Virus record (IMG/VR): IMGVR_UViG_3300042691_053485
Location: 64,001 to 128,000 of that record
Strand: one strand, 5' to 3'
Origin: a virus
Length of the DNA stretch: 64,000 nt
The notes below the pieces were generated by a model that saw only the letters and a program-made list of their open reading frames with translations, ran no database searches and was not told where the DNA came from. The position numbers were made by a program, and so were the translations under genes. Shown in pieces: positions 46,262 to 56,758 of the stretch (the stretch's first letter is position 1; each line of letters opens with the position of its first letter).

Positions 46262-47314
46262 ATGGCATTAGGAAATCCTAACGGCGGGACACAAAAAGTC
46301 GAGTCCCCATTTATTGGCTTTAAAACCTTTCAGGTTCAAGTTCAAACAAAAAGCTCACATTGCTTTATTGCAAAGCAAATTTTTTATGCACAAGAACCAG
46401 TGATTGAATCATTTTCGAACGTCGAAGAATATAACGATGCTTTAAAATTGTATTCCTCCTGTTTGGAAGAGTTTAATAAGCAGTTGGCTGAAGCACAGTC
46501 AAAACGAGGCACACCCCTTGCAGACGAGTTTTTGAAAAACTATTCACGGACAGAATCCGACATTCGTGAGGGCAAAAATGCTGTCTATACGTTAAAGCCT
46601 ATCGAAGTGATGGAACTCGATGGACATCTAATTAATATGTACCGGAAGGTAGATAAGGGTCCTACTTTCTCAACGGAGAAAGTTTACTTCACAATTGCGG
46701 ATTTTAGGAATAAAGAAATTTACCACATAAATTCGTCTTATTCGGAATTCATGAGGATGTCGCTTGATATGCTTCTGAACATTGATTCATTTAACCGACC
46801 TATCCAAATGAAAATGAATTTGGTTATGGACCCAAGCAAAGAGTTTAAAGAACCTAAGTTAGATGCTAAGGGTAATAAGCAATATAACGCAAAGATTCTT
46901 ATTGATTTCTCCCCAGAACGTGGCTTTTACACTACAATGGTTAAGCCACTTTACCACAATTACAGTAAGAAACTCGATGAGCATGGAAAACAAATTTTTG
47001 AGGAAAATAAACCCATGTTTATCCATGATTGTTCAGAAGCAGATGCAAATGAGTACCATTTAGGAATGGAAGCTATCTTTGAAGATAAGAATTTCGCAAA
47101 GATTACAAGATTCTTTATCAAAAAGATAAACAACATCCTAATTCCAAAGATACAAGCAGATTCAAAAGAATTTTTCAAATCAATTGGATTTTTAGCTTCT
47201 TATGAATACAATGATGAGCGTTCGATATGGAAGATGCAGTTTAAGAAGCACTCTCCAACCCTTCTTGTCGAAGAAACTGTAGCACCGGACGATAAAGAAG
47301 ATATGCCATTCTAA
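46262..47314 (+). CDS. Single-stranded DNA-binding protein (probable)
   Basis: Acidic C-tail PDDKEDMPF; heads the replication cluster. Confidence 0.55.
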   Translation: MALGNPNGGTQKVESPFIGFKTFQVQVQTKSSHCFIAKQIFYAQEPVIESFSNVEEYNDALKLYSSCLEEFNKQLAEAQSKRGTPLADEFLKNYSRTESDIREGKNAVYTLKPIEVMELDGHLINMYRKVDKGPTFSTEKVYFTIADFRNKEIYHINSSYSEFMRMSLDMLLNIDSFNRPIQMKMNLVMDPSKEFKEPKLDAKGNKQYNAKILIDFSPERGFYTTMVKPLYHNYSKKLDEHGKQIFEENKPMFIHDCSEADANEYHLGMEAIFEDKNFAKITRFFIKKINNILIPKIQADSKEFFKSIGFLASYEYNDERSIWKMQFKKHSPTLLVEETVAPDDKEDMPF

Positions 47315-47318
47315 AAAC

Positions 47319-47336
47319 AGCCCCCTCTCGGGGGCT
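47319..47336 (+). terminator. Hairpin terminator
   Basis: AGCCCCC-TCTC-GGGGGCT. Confidence 0.65.
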
Positions 47337-47351
47337 TAATTTTTTAAGCCC

Positions 47352-47855
47352 ATGAAATCATTAGCAGCAATAAACAAGGAATTGTTATCAGGACGGTCAC
47401 TTGACGATGAATCATTTAAAGTAGAAGTTTTGGAAACTCTGATAAGCATTTTTGAGGATGCTTCCAACTTCAACGAAACTGTTTTAAATAACTCGGACAC
47501 AGATTTAGATTATATATCCGAGGATGAAATGAAAATTGCCTCATATATCACAACACTTGGTATGGCAAAATCTATAGCTAAAGTGGCATTAGAAAATAAA
47601 ATGTCAGTAGCAGACGAGCGTTGGCGTAAAACCAATCTTTCAGATTATAAGCAATCCTCCAAGTCCTCAACCATTCACCTATCAAATTTGAAGGGATTAG
47701 CAGAAGTTATGCCCTTTAATCAAATTGCCTCCCTTTTAGAGACACTTTACTACGATTTTAACCGAAAGTTCGAAGCGTTGCGAGCAGTCGCTTCAAACCG
47801 AAAATTTGAGATTGAGAAAGGGCTTATCGATTACACAATTAGAAAGAAAAAATGA
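47352..47855 (+). CDS. Hypothetical protein
   Basis: 167-aa helical ORF. Confidence 0.7.
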   Translation: MKSLAAINKELLSGRSLDDESFKVEVLETLISIFEDASNFNETVLNNSDTDLDYISEDEMKIASYITTLGMAKSIAKVALENKMSVADERWRKTNLSDYKQSSKSSTIHLSNLKGLAEVMPFNQIASLLETLYYDFNRKFEALRAVASNRKFEIEKGLIDYTIRKKK

Positions 47856-48880
47856 AAACATTATTAGTTGACGGTAATAGTCTGCTGAAGAATTCATTTG
47901 AAGCTACAATTTCAACTGAAGAATATCAGCTTGGAATCAATGGTATTTATTGGTTCTTGTACAGAGTTAGATTTCTGTTGGATACAGAGAAATATCACAG
48001 ATTCAAAGTCGTCTTTGACGGTAAGGATAGTGGAAGGTTACGCAAGGATGTTTTTGCAGGTTATAAAGCAAGTCGAAAAGATAAGAAAGATGAAGATGTA
48101 GACAAATATGAATCTTTCAAGTCCCAAAAAACGGCATTAAAGGCAATATTAAGTCACTTATGCCCGGTCATCGAAGATGATATTGTAGAAGCTGACGATA
48201 TTATTGCCTATTACGTTACAAATAAGCAATCTGAAGAAAAAGTTACAATTGTAACAGGAGACTTCGATTTAACACAGTTGATAAGTCCAACCGTAAATGT
48301 TTATTACTTAAATCGAAAATTCAAGAATAAGACACGAACAGTTGAAAGATATGAGAAAAATGACGACCGAAGGAGCATGATTATTGACCATAAAAATTTC
48401 TTAAAACTTTTCGGTCATCCGTACCAAAATATACCAATCATAAAATCAATTTGTGGAGATGCTTCAGATGAAATTCCAAATATCAAAGGAATTAAGGAAA
48501 CATCTCTTTTCAATCTTTTTCCATCCCTTCTAAAGGAAGAAGGTTCAATCGAGTCTATACTATCTGAATGTGGGAACTTTTTGGAAGAGAAAAATGTTAC
48601 AAAAAGTAAGCAAAAAAGGTTCATATTTGAAGGTGTGGTTAAGGATACTTCTGACCCGGATGTAATAAAACGAAATATGCGATTAGTTAAACTCCCAAAT
48701 AATGAGTTTATGACTGATAGTTGTAAGGAAGCTTCATCCATTTTCTTAGCCGCAAAAAATGAATTAAATGATGCTATTGGATTGAAATTAAAATTAGACT
48801 CAACAGGTCTATCAAAATTTATTTCCAAAAAATTAAAAAACTCAAAAACATTTTTTAAACCTTTTAACTTAAAATCTTAA
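47852..48880 (+). CDS. 5'-3' exonuclease / T4 RNase H-like FEN nuclease
   Basis: LLVDGNSL, VVFDG, R.....YKASR, EADDIIA, IVTGDFDLTQL, GDASDEIPNIKGI. Confidence 0.92.
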   Translation: MKTLLVDGNSLLKNSFEATISTEEYQLGINGIYWFLYRVRFLLDTEKYHRFKVVFDGKDSGRLRKDVFAGYKASRKDKKDEDVDKYESFKSQKTALKAILSHLCPVIEDDIVEADDIIAYYVTNKQSEEKVTIVTGDFDLTQLISPTVNVYYLNRKFKNKTRTVERYEKNDDRRSMIIDHKNFLKLFGHPYQNIPIIKSICGDASDEIPNIKGIKETSLFNLFPSLLKEEGSIESILSECGNFLEEKNVTKSKQKRFIFEGVVKDTSDPDVIKRNMRLVKLPNNEFMTDSCKEASSIFLAAKNELNDAIGLKLKLDSTGLSKFISKKLKNSKTFFKPFNLKS

Positions 48881-49965
48881 TGAAAGATTTTTCAAAGCGA
48901 GAACGCGATTACAATCGTTTTCCAAACAGGTTCACGTTTAAAGTGTTCCACAATAATCGGCACATTGTGGAGTGTGACCGTCATTTTGATGCCTCGTTTT
49001 TTGATGTCGAGGACAATTTTGACATTACGCCTGCGAAATTCAAAAGAAATGCAATCTCCAATGAAAGATTTGCAAATTCATTTGAGAATTCTTTGGAGGC
49101 AGTTACGCTAGGTGAAGAGATTTCAAAACTCTTCAGATACATCTTAAAGAGAAGTACTGAAGAATATCTTTGGACACTTCACACTTCTGAAAGAAGCGTT
49201 ATGCTTGGCAAGACCGGGACTATCAAAGAATCTCAAAAACGAGTGAAAACAAAGGAGGATGCAACCCAAGAAATCCGACAATTCCAAGAAGAGTTGCAGG
49301 ATTGGGACAAGTCAAGGAGGGGAACACTAAAGTTCCAAATTGTTGACAAACAACATCCATTGAGGACAGATGGTGTACTTGAAGACAAGGCAAAAATTAC
49401 ACACAGACTAGACCATCTGAGAGAGAAAAAAGAATTTGACGGGCTGACGGCGATTGAGAGGGCAGAATATGAAGCGCTTAACGCTAAATTCGCCACTTTG
49501 GTTTCAGAGCGTGTCATTTTTGAAACTGTTATATCAACAGATGAATTTGCCCTTCGAAATGATTTCTCATTACCCATCCACGCAATCTGGAAGGACTTTA
49601 ACATTAACTTAACGCCGCAAGACCGCTCTGAAGATGCGTTAGAGTTTTCCGAAAGTTATGTAAATGCTAGAGTATCAGAAGTTTTCAGGTTAAAGAATGC
49701 AATCGCCAACTTGAGGGAAAAGGGGGAGGAGTTCGAAAAACTCAGCGGACATATTGAAGCCGCTGCGATAAACAAGGAAATCAGCAAACTTGAAGACAGA
49801 ATATCCAAAATCGAAAATATGTCATTTAAGGGAATCAGACACCTTATTCAAGACGCATTTCGGTCAGATTTCACCAATAGATTTACTGAACCAATTCTAG
49901 TAAATTGCAACTTTTCCACAAATCAAGCCCAAATAGTGGAAAAGAGTTATTACACTGTTATGTAA
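48880..49965 (+). CDS. Hypothetical protein
   Basis: 361-aa ORF, coupled start. Confidence 0.7.
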   Translation: MKDFSKRERDYNRFPNRFTFKVFHNNRHIVECDRHFDASFFDVEDNFDITPAKFKRNAISNERFANSFENSLEAVTLGEEISKLFRYILKRSTEEYLWTLHTSERSVMLGKTGTIKESQKRVKTKEDATQEIRQFQEELQDWDKSRRGTLKFQIVDKQHPLRTDGVLEDKAKITHRLDHLREKKEFDGLTAIERAEYEALNAKFATLVSERVIFETVISTDEFALRNDFSLPIHAIWKDFNINLTPQDRSEDALEFSESYVNARVSEVFRLKNAIANLREKGEEFEKLSGHIEAAAINKEISKLEDRISKIENMSFKGIRHLIQDAFRSDFTNRFTEPILVNCNFSTNQAQIVEKSYYTVM

Positions 49966-49986
49966 GTTGCAAAAGATTTTATAATT

Positions 49987-50010
49987 AAGCCGCCTTCTTG
50001 GCGGCTTTTT
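49987..50010 (+). terminator. Intrinsic terminator
   Basis: AAGCCGCC-TTCTT-GGCGGCTTTTT. Confidence 0.8.
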
Positions 50011-50023
50011 TAAATCCTCAAAA

Positions 50024-50344
50024 ATGGAAACTTTTAAAATTCCCTTCACGCAAAAATTCTTTACAGGTTTACAAGATTGGCGGTGTAAAGCAAAATCGGT
50101 CATCCTTGTTAAAGATGAGCGAGATATAGAATCTCTTTGGAATCTTTTATGTGAGCAAGATGAAGATTGGCTCAATTATAAAGAGGTAATTAGGGTCGCA
50201 CCAAAGGTCTTAGAATCAGAATTACAGTTACACAATATCAGCGTTTATTGCGGAAAAGCTTCAATATTCAACGTTGAACAATTACAAGCCAAAATTCCTT
50301 TCCTAATATATCAAGAGCCTGAAACATTTGAATGGCAATGGTAA
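50024..50344 (+). CDS. Hypothetical protein
   Basis: 106-aa ORF. Confidence 0.6.
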   Translation: METFKIPFTQKFFTGLQDWRCKAKSVILVKDERDIESLWNLLCEQDEDWLNYKEVIRVAPKVLESELQLHNISVYCGKASIFNVEQLQAKIPFLIYQEPETFEWQW

Positions 50345-50358
50345 AAAAAACAAATGAT

Positions 50359-50688
50359 ATGAAATCTTTAATATTCCTCCTTTTTCCGGTTATCGGCTTC
50401 GCACAACAGCAATTCCCAAAAGAAGCTTTTGATTCTCTTTCGACAATTACTTATAAAGTTCAAGTGCGGTCATCAAATATGATGGATGAAGAATTATTCA
50501 AAGGACTTTGCAATATTTTCGAATGTGAAATCGAAAAGCGAACAATTGAAGGCCGAGACTTCTTTAGATATTTATTAATTCCAAAAGAAAAAACTAAACA
50601 ATCTGCAAATGAATGTTTAGAAACTTCTAAAGAGATTTATCCTGACGCATTTATCGTCAAATTTCATAACCATAAAAGGATTAATTAG
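50359..50688 (+). CDS. Secreted SPOR-like protein
   Basis: Signal-like MKSLIFLLFPVIGFAQ; YKVQV...FFRYL...A...YPDAFIVKF..KRI. Confidence 0.6.
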   Translation: MKSLIFLLFPVIGFAQQQFPKEAFDSLSTITYKVQVRSSNMMDEELFKGLCNIFECEIEKRTIEGRDFFRYLLIPKEKTKQSANECLETSKEIYPDAFIVKFHNHKRIN

Positions 50689-50689
50689 T

Positions 50690-52120
50690 ATGAAACAAGA
50701 ACAAACATTAGCCATTTTTGGCAAGGATTATGAAATTAAAGTCCTTAAACAAATCATTGGTGAATTACACAATCGAGGAAATGGAATAGTCAGAGATGAT
50801 AAATTTGGTAGAAAACTTATTACTAAAATAGGAGTTGAGCATTTTGAACATAAAATTGCACAGTCAATTATTGTTTTCATTAAACAGTACTTTCAGAAAT
50901 ACACTAAGATACCATTTTTTGACACACTGAAGGGCATTTTCCAACAAAATTTTGGAAATGACAAGCGAATATCCAATGAGTTTGAATTAGAGCTTTATAT
51001 CCAATATTTGAAAGATATAGAGTCAGTCTCCCAAGATGACAAAGAATGGGTCAGAGAGAATGCTGTCAACTTCATCAATACAAAAAATCTTGAAAGAGCA
51101 ATTCTAAAATCATACAATGAAACTATCCTAAAGGGAAAATTCGAAGATTACCCTAAGATTGCTGAAGAACTAATGAAAGCAATTGTTCAAGCTAATGACC
51201 TTTCAGACATTGAAGCCTTTGTTAGTGGGGATTATCGACACTTGGACGAAAAAGAACGGATTCCTATACCAACAGGAATTGAGGGTCTTGATACAGTATT
51301 GAATGGAGGGTTAGCCAGAAAGGAATTTGCATTATTTATTGCACCATCAGGTGTTGGAAAGACTACATTTGCGACATATATCGCTAATAATGCTGCTAGA
51401 TTAGGTCTAAATGTACTACAAATATTCTTTGAAGACACAGAAGAGCAAATTAAAATGAAGCATATTGCGAAAATGATTTCAAAACCTATTAACTTTTCTT
51501 CAAATAAAAAGAATCGGAAAGTTGTTGTTTCTGAATCCGATAAAAAGCTTCAAAAAATAAGAGACCAAGGTGGCTGCTTAGTTTTGCAACCTATGGATTC
51601 GACAGAAACAACCGTTAGCGATATCCGCAACTTGATTATCCGCGCAAAAGAGGATGGAGTATATTTCCCCGACACAGGTGAAAAGAAAAGTGTTGAATTT
51701 GACCTTGTACTGATTGACTATATTGACTGTATCAAGCCAAAACAACGCTACCAACAAACCTGGGAGGGACAAACTGAAGTTACAAGAGAACTTGAAAAAC
51801 TTGCTAAAGAACTAAACTATGCTTCTTGGAATTTCACGCAAGGAACAAAGGCATCGTTAAATGCAAAAGTTGTAACAGGTGAACAAATGGGTGGTGACTA
51901 TGGAAAGTACAAGGTTGCACACTTCGTTATGTCTGTTGCAAAGGGGTTAGGGGAATTTAATAACAAGGCTAACATCGCGATTTTGAAAAATCGCATGGGT
52001 TCTTCAGGATTACTTTTTGAAGACTGTCTTTTCGACAATGCAAATATGATTATCGAATTCAATGACCAAGTTCAACTTTCTAAAGAAGCAGTAAATGATG
52101 TTTATGCTACAAATGGATAA
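50690..52120 (+). CDS. dnaB: DnaB/gp41-like replicative helicase
   Basis: PTGIEGLD..LNGGL....APSGVGKTT, LIDYIDC, ILKNRMG. Confidence 0.9.
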   Translation: MKQEQTLAIFGKDYEIKVLKQIIGELHNRGNGIVRDDKFGRKLITKIGVEHFEHKIAQSIIVFIKQYFQKYTKIPFFDTLKGIFQQNFGNDKRISNEFELELYIQYLKDIESVSQDDKEWVRENAVNFINTKNLERAILKSYNETILKGKFEDYPKIAEELMKAIVQANDLSDIEAFVSGDYRHLDEKERIPIPTGIEGLDTVLNGGLARKEFALFIAPSGVGKTTFATYIANNAARLGLNVLQIFFEDTEEQIKMKHIAKMISKPINFSSNKKNRKVVVSESDKKLQKIRDQGGCLVLQPMDSTETTVSDIRNLIIRAKEDGVYFPDTGEKKSVEFDLVLIDYIDCIKPKQRYQQTWEGQTEVTRELEKLAKELNYASWNFTQGTKASLNAKVVTGEQMGGDYGKYKVAHFVMSVAKGLGEFNNKANIAILKNRMGSSGLLFEDCLFDNANMIIEFNDQVQLSKEAVNDVYATNG

Positions 52121-52184
52121 TTGAAAGAAATGTGATAATTATATAAACCCATATTTGGGAACAAAAAAAAATAAATGAAAAAAA

Positions 52185-54047
52185 ATGGATACATCACAAA
52201 AAATTTTATCAGAAATTACGGTTTTCATGAAGTACTCTAAGTACTTGCCTGAATTGAACAGACGAGAAACATGGGAAGAACTCGTTTATCGGAATGCAGA
52301 AATGCACAAAAAGAAATATCCCGAACTTTCAAAAGAAATTTCCAAAGTCTATGAAGATTTCGTTATTACAAAGAAAGTTTTACCATCTATGCGTTCGATG
52401 CAGTTTGGAGGTAAACCTATCGAAGTGAGCCCAAACAGAATCTACAATTGCTGCTTCTTACCAATTGACCACATATCATCGTTTTCTGAAACAATGTTTC
52501 TATTACTTGGTGGAACAGGAGTTGGTTATTCAGTTCAAAAACATTCTGTCGAAAAATTACCAACTATCAAAAAGCCAAATTCTAATAGAAAGAGAAGATT
52601 TTTAATCTCTGATAGTATTGAGGGTTGGGCTGATGCGATTAAAATGCTAATGAAAAGCTATTTTGGTGTTGTTTCATCTACAATTGATTTTGACTATTCG
52701 GACATCCGACCTAAAGGGGCTAGGCTTGTAACTTCAGGCGGAAAAGCACCTGGACCGCAACCATTGAAAGATTGTATCCATAACATAAAAAAAATCCTCG
52801 ACGCAAAGGAAGATGGTCAAAAGCTTTCAACAATAGAGGTACATGATATTATCTGCTTCATCGCAGATTCAGTACTTGCAGGTGGTATCCGAAGAGCTGC
52901 GCTAATTTCGCTGTTTAGTGCAGATGATGAGGATATGATTTCTTGTAAATCCGGAAATTGGTGGGAATTAAACCCCCAAAGAGGTCGTGCAAATAACTCA
53001 GCAGTTCTCTTGAGAGATAGAATTTCTAAAGAATTTTTTATGAATCTTTGGAATCGTATTGAAAGCTCAAAAGCAGGAGAGCCTGGTATCTACTTTTCAA
53101 ATGATAAAACCCTCGGCACAAACCCTTGTTGTGAAATTTCTTTGCGACCATACCAATTTTGCAACCTTTGTGAGGTAAATGTTTCGGATGTGACCTCACA
53201 AGAAGAATTAAATGAGCGAGTTAAAGCTGCGGCATTTATAGGAACTCTTCAAGCTGGATATACAGACTTCCACTATCTTAGAGAAATTTGGAAAAAAACA
53301 ACAGAAGAGGAAGCATTGATTGGCATCGGTATGACAGGTATCGCTTCAGGAGCAGTCTTGAATCTTTCATTAAGTGAAGCTGCTGAAGAAGTAAAGAAAG
53401 AAAACCAAAGAATTGCAAGCTTCATTGGAATAAATTCTGCGGCACGAATGACTTGCGTAAAACCCGCAGGGACAACATCCGCAACATTAGGCGTAAGTTC
53501 AGGTATTCACGCGTGGCATGCCCCTTACTATATTCGTAGAATTCGTGTTGGCAAGAATGAATCGATTTACAAATATCTTGTGGAAAATCATCCATCTTTA
53601 ATTGAAGATGAATATTTCCGCCCTCATGATACAGCGGTAATATCTATCCCTCAACGAGCTCCACAAAATGCAATTTTAAGAACAGAAAGTGCCATTGAAC
53701 TTTTAGAAAGGGTTAAACGCTTTTCTTTGGAATGGATAAAACCAGGTCATGTAAGTGGTAAAAATACACATAACGTATCTGCTACCATTACTATAAAAGA
53801 TGGAGAATGGGAAGAAGTTGGCGAATGGATGTGGGAAAATAAAGAACACTATAATGGGCTATCCGTCCTCCCATTCGCAGACCACACTTACAAACAAGCA
53901 CCATTTGAAGATTGCACGGAAGAGCAATATAACAATCTTGCAAGCAACCTGCATGAAATAGACCTATCAAATGTCATAGAATTTGATGATGATACAAATT
54001 TGATGGGTGAAATTGCATGTTCAGGCGGAAATTGTGAGGTAAAATAG
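52185..54047 (+). CDS. nrdJ: Class II (B12-dependent) monomeric ribonucleotide reductase
   Basis: PSMRSMQFGG, YNCCF, GGIRRAA, TNPCCEI, CVKPAGTTS, C-terminal CSGGNC; no NrdB in the window. Confidence 0.92.
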   Translation: MDTSQKILSEITVFMKYSKYLPELNRRETWEELVYRNAEMHKKKYPELSKEISKVYEDFVITKKVLPSMRSMQFGGKPIEVSPNRIYNCCFLPIDHISSFSETMFLLLGGTGVGYSVQKHSVEKLPTIKKPNSNRKRRFLISDSIEGWADAIKMLMKSYFGVVSSTIDFDYSDIRPKGARLVTSGGKAPGPQPLKDCIHNIKKILDAKEDGQKLSTIEVHDIICFIADSVLAGGIRRAALISLFSADDEDMISCKSGNWWELNPQRGRANNSAVLLRDRISKEFFMNLWNRIESSKAGEPGIYFSNDKTLGTNPCCEISLRPYQFCNLCEVNVSDVTSQEELNERVKAAAFIGTLQAGYTDFHYLREIWKKTTEEEALIGIGMTGIASGAVLNLSLSEAAEEVKKENQRIASFIGINSAARMTCVKPAGTTSATLGVSSGIHAWHAPYYIRRIRVGKNESIYKYLVENHPSLIEDEYFRPHDTAVISIPQRAPQNAILRTESAIELLERVKRFSLEWIKPGHVSGKNTHNVSATITIKDGEWEEVGEWMWENKEHYNGLSVLPFADHTYKQAPFEDCTEEQYNNLASNLHEIDLSNVIEFDDDTNLMGEIACSGGNCEVK

Positions 54048-54374
<327 letters not shown>

Positions 54375-54380
54375 AAAAAA

Positions 54381-54400
54381 AGCCTACCAAATGGTAGGCT
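54381..54400 (+). terminator. Hairpin terminator
   Basis: AGCCTACCA-AA-TGGTAGGCT. Confidence 0.65.
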
Positions 54401-54405
54401 CTCTA

Positions 54406-54413
54406 TATTTATA
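54406..54413 (+). promoter_or_regulatory. TATTTATA putative late promoter
   Basis: Exact motif. Confidence 0.6.
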
Positions 54414-54424
54414 GAGAAAAAACT

Positions 54425-55051
54425 ATGGCAGGTTCAAAACCAAACAATTTCCCTTTAAAAACCCCAATTGATGGGACAGAAGAAGTTTATACGCAAACTT
54501 CAAATGTTAATAATAAATTTACAGTGAATCAAATCGCAGAGTTCGTCGTGTCTCAAATCTCTGGCGATACGGATGCTATTTACACTGAAACTATAACACA
54601 AATATCATCTACGGAAATTAGCTTTCTTGGGTCGAATCCAGTCTCATCATCCCTTGTACTATCAGGTAATAATTTTTTAGAGGGACAATATGAAGTTATA
54701 TATCAAGCCGGAAATTTGGGATTTGATATTTTAAGTGGTGGTGCAAATCCAAACGGTATTATTCATTTAATTGCATATACTGCCAATACATTTTCGGGGA
54801 ATGCACTTTTAGATGGTTTTTTATTCATTGCCACTATGAGTTGTATGGCATTTACAGCTAAAGCAGTAGTTAACTCAAATATTGGAGTAAATCTTTTTGC
54901 ATCAAATGTAATATCTGATGTCGCAAGACATTTCCCAAATGGAACTGTAAAGTTCATCATGGTTGACGAAACATTTACACCGATTGATATTTTGGGTGGA
55001 AATGGGGAGTTAAAGGTAACATTGAAAACCCAAGTGAAGTCCTATAATTAG
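54425..55051 (+). CDS. Probable virion fibre/decoration protein
   Basis: Late motif upstream; fibre-anchor-like N-terminus (NFP.KTPIDGTEE), beta-rich. Confidence 0.45.
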   Translation: MAGSKPNNFPLKTPIDGTEEVYTQTSNVNNKFTVNQIAEFVVSQISGDTDAIYTETITQISSTEISFLGSNPVSSSLVLSGNNFLEGQYEVIYQAGNLGFDILSGGANPNGIIHLIAYTANTFSGNALLDGFLFIATMSCMAFTAKAVVNSNIGVNLFASNVISDVARHFPNGTVKFIMVDETFTPIDILGGNGELKVTLKTQVKSYN

Positions 55052-55073
55052 TGAATGAAACTTTGTAAACTTC

Positions 55074-55116
55074 AAAAGAGGCTTATCTATCTAAAGAAGA
55101 TGGATAAGCCTCTTTT
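55074..55116. terminator. Bidirectional terminator
   Basis: AAAAGAGGCTTATC...GATAAGCCTCTTTT. Confidence 0.8.
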
Positions 55117-55143
55117 TATGGCGGTTAGCAGATAGTTATATGC
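55117..55143 (+). other. attC-like half site (array left boundary)
   Basis: Ends in GTTATATGC (55135-55143), the exact complement of GCATATAAC at 55929. Confidence 0.55.
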
Positions 55144-55218
55144 AATGCTACGTTTGTGCTTCGTATTAAGTTTTATTATAATATTCTTTTTGTTTTATTT
55201 TTTTCCCACCACACAAAT

Positions 55219-55812
55219 TTAATTATCTTTAATTTCACCAGTTATAATAATTGAATTGGGATTTATAACAACAAATTCTTCTGTGTATCTATTTTCATCT
55301 ACCAAAATAATATCGTAACCTTTTGATTTCACTTCATTAGATAAATATGGGTCAGTCATACCACTACTCGAATTATATCTATAAATTTTAGCATTTGGTT
55401 TTATTTTAGCTGTGACTAAACGACCTTCTTTTGTTGAGTTTAACTGTTTACCGACATTCTGAAAATCTTTTAATTTTACAAATGTCAAATCATATAAATC
55501 TTTATGTTCTTGTGTTCCGTATTTACTATTTTTAAACTTTTTTTCAGTTTTTTCATATTCTTCATAAGCATCATTATATTCCTTATTTAATTTTTTAACC
55601 GCATCTATTCTATATTGATGTGCTTGTGATTTTGAACGTGTAAAATATATACCCTTACCCCAATCGGAATATTGAATCAAACCTGATTTTTCAATATCAA
55701 ATTCATCAAAATTGTTATTTGTTCCGTGATATAATGTTATATTTGTAAAATTATCAACTTGTTCATTAAAATATTCACGTATAGTAGTTGCTATGAATTT
55801 TCTTAGTTCCAT
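55219..55812 (-). CDS. ADP-ribosyltransferase-like protein (H-Y-E type)
   Basis: LYHGT..FDEFD, GKGIYFT, GYDII..., EEFVVINP; leader MELRKFIATTIREYFNE. Confidence 0.7.
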   Translation of the reverse strand: MELRKFIATTIREYFNEQVDNFTNITLYHGTNNNFDEFDIEKSGLIQYSDWGKGIYFTRSKSQAHQYRIDAVKKLNKEYNDAYEEYEKTEKKFKNSKYGTQEHKDLYDLTFVKLKDFQNVGKQLNSTKEGRLVTAKIKPNAKIYRYNSSSGMTDPYLSNEVKSKGYDIILVDENRYTEEFVVINPNSIIITGEIKDN

Positions 55813-55836
55813 ATTATTAAATAGTTTTATTCTATA

Positions 55837-55844
55837 TATAAATA
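55837..55844 (-). promoter_or_regulatory. TATTTATA motif inside the ART cassette
   Basis: Exact motif 25 nt upstream of 55812. Confidence 0.55.
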
Positions 55845-55928
55845 TTCAAATTTTAAATTTCCATCCCACAAAAAATAAAACAAAAAGGCTCATCTCTCGT
55901 ATTAAAGTTTGTAGGTTAAATCCGCACA

Positions 55929-56028
55929 GCATATAACAAGGTGTATAAGAAAGTTTGCTATAAAGTTATACGTATAATTTGAAAATTTGTTACAAGCAAA
56001 CCTTCTCATACACCCATCCGTTACCTGC
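55929..56028 (+). other. attC-like site A (100 bp)
   Basis: GCATATAAC-AA-GGTGTATAAGAAAGTTTGC ... GCAAACCTTCTCATACACC-CATCC-GTTACCTGC. Confidence 0.75.
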
Positions 56029-56047
56029 AAGTGCTACGATACTGCTA

Positions 56048-56758
56048 CTATTGAACATTTGTGGGAGAAAATTTAAAAAGTTTTTCAGTCTTATTAACTT
56101 TCTGTTTTGGATTTGTTTTACTTATCTCTTTTTGCCAAATACACTCAAAATCACTTGGGGCGTTATATTCGCTAATAAAAACATTATGCCCTTCTTTGCT
56201 TTTTTTCCTACACCAATCCCAAAAAATGTCACTATTAAAATGTTCTTTATATCTTTTATTTTTTAATTGATATGGTGGGTCGCAATAAATAATACATCTA
56301 CCTTCTGTTTTAATATCCAAGTAATCAGAAAATATAAATGTAATATCGGATATATCTTGTTTTAAAAACCCTCTTATACCTTCATCAAAATAATTTCTAT
56401 AATTACCTCCTTTTGTTTCGCTTCCTCCACCATAGGCACTAAACCAATTACCATTATAAGAACCTAAAACACCTATCAAACCAACATACCATTTAGGGTA
56501 ATCGTTTTTATTAGCTTTTACATCTTGCCAATGTTCTTTTGTAATATCTCTATTGTCTATCAATCCACCATTTTGGATATAGTGATACAACTCTATTATG
56601 TATTCATTATTATCATAGCCTATTCTTTTACCATCAACTTTGTCAATAGTGTTTGCACCCCCAACAAAAGGTTCAACCCAAGTTTCTTCAGTCCTACCGT
56701 TTAACATTATAGGTAATATATATTTTGCTATTCTGTTTTTACTTCCTGTATATTTCAT
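56048..56758 (-). CDS. Dam-like N6-adenine DNA methyltransferase
   Basis: MKYTGSKNRIAK, VEPFVGGAN, IYCDPPY. Confidence 0.9.
   Translation of the reverse strand: MKYTGSKNRIAKYILPIMLNGRTEETWVEPFVGGANTIDKVDGKRIGYDNNEYIIELYHYIQNGGLIDNRDITKEHWQDVKANKNDYPKWYVGLIGVLGSYNGNWFSAYGGGSETKGGNYRNYFDEGIRGFLKQDISDITFIFSDYLDIKTEGRCIIYCDPPYQLKNKRYKEHFNSDIFWDWCRKKSKEGHNVFISEYNAPSDFECIWQKEISKTNPKQKVNKTEKLFKFSPTNVQ

Noticed and set aside
15373-54047. Introns or inteins in polB, the helicases or nrdJ
   Set aside because: The ORFs are uninterrupted, with no intein terminal motifs or homing endonuclease motifs seen.
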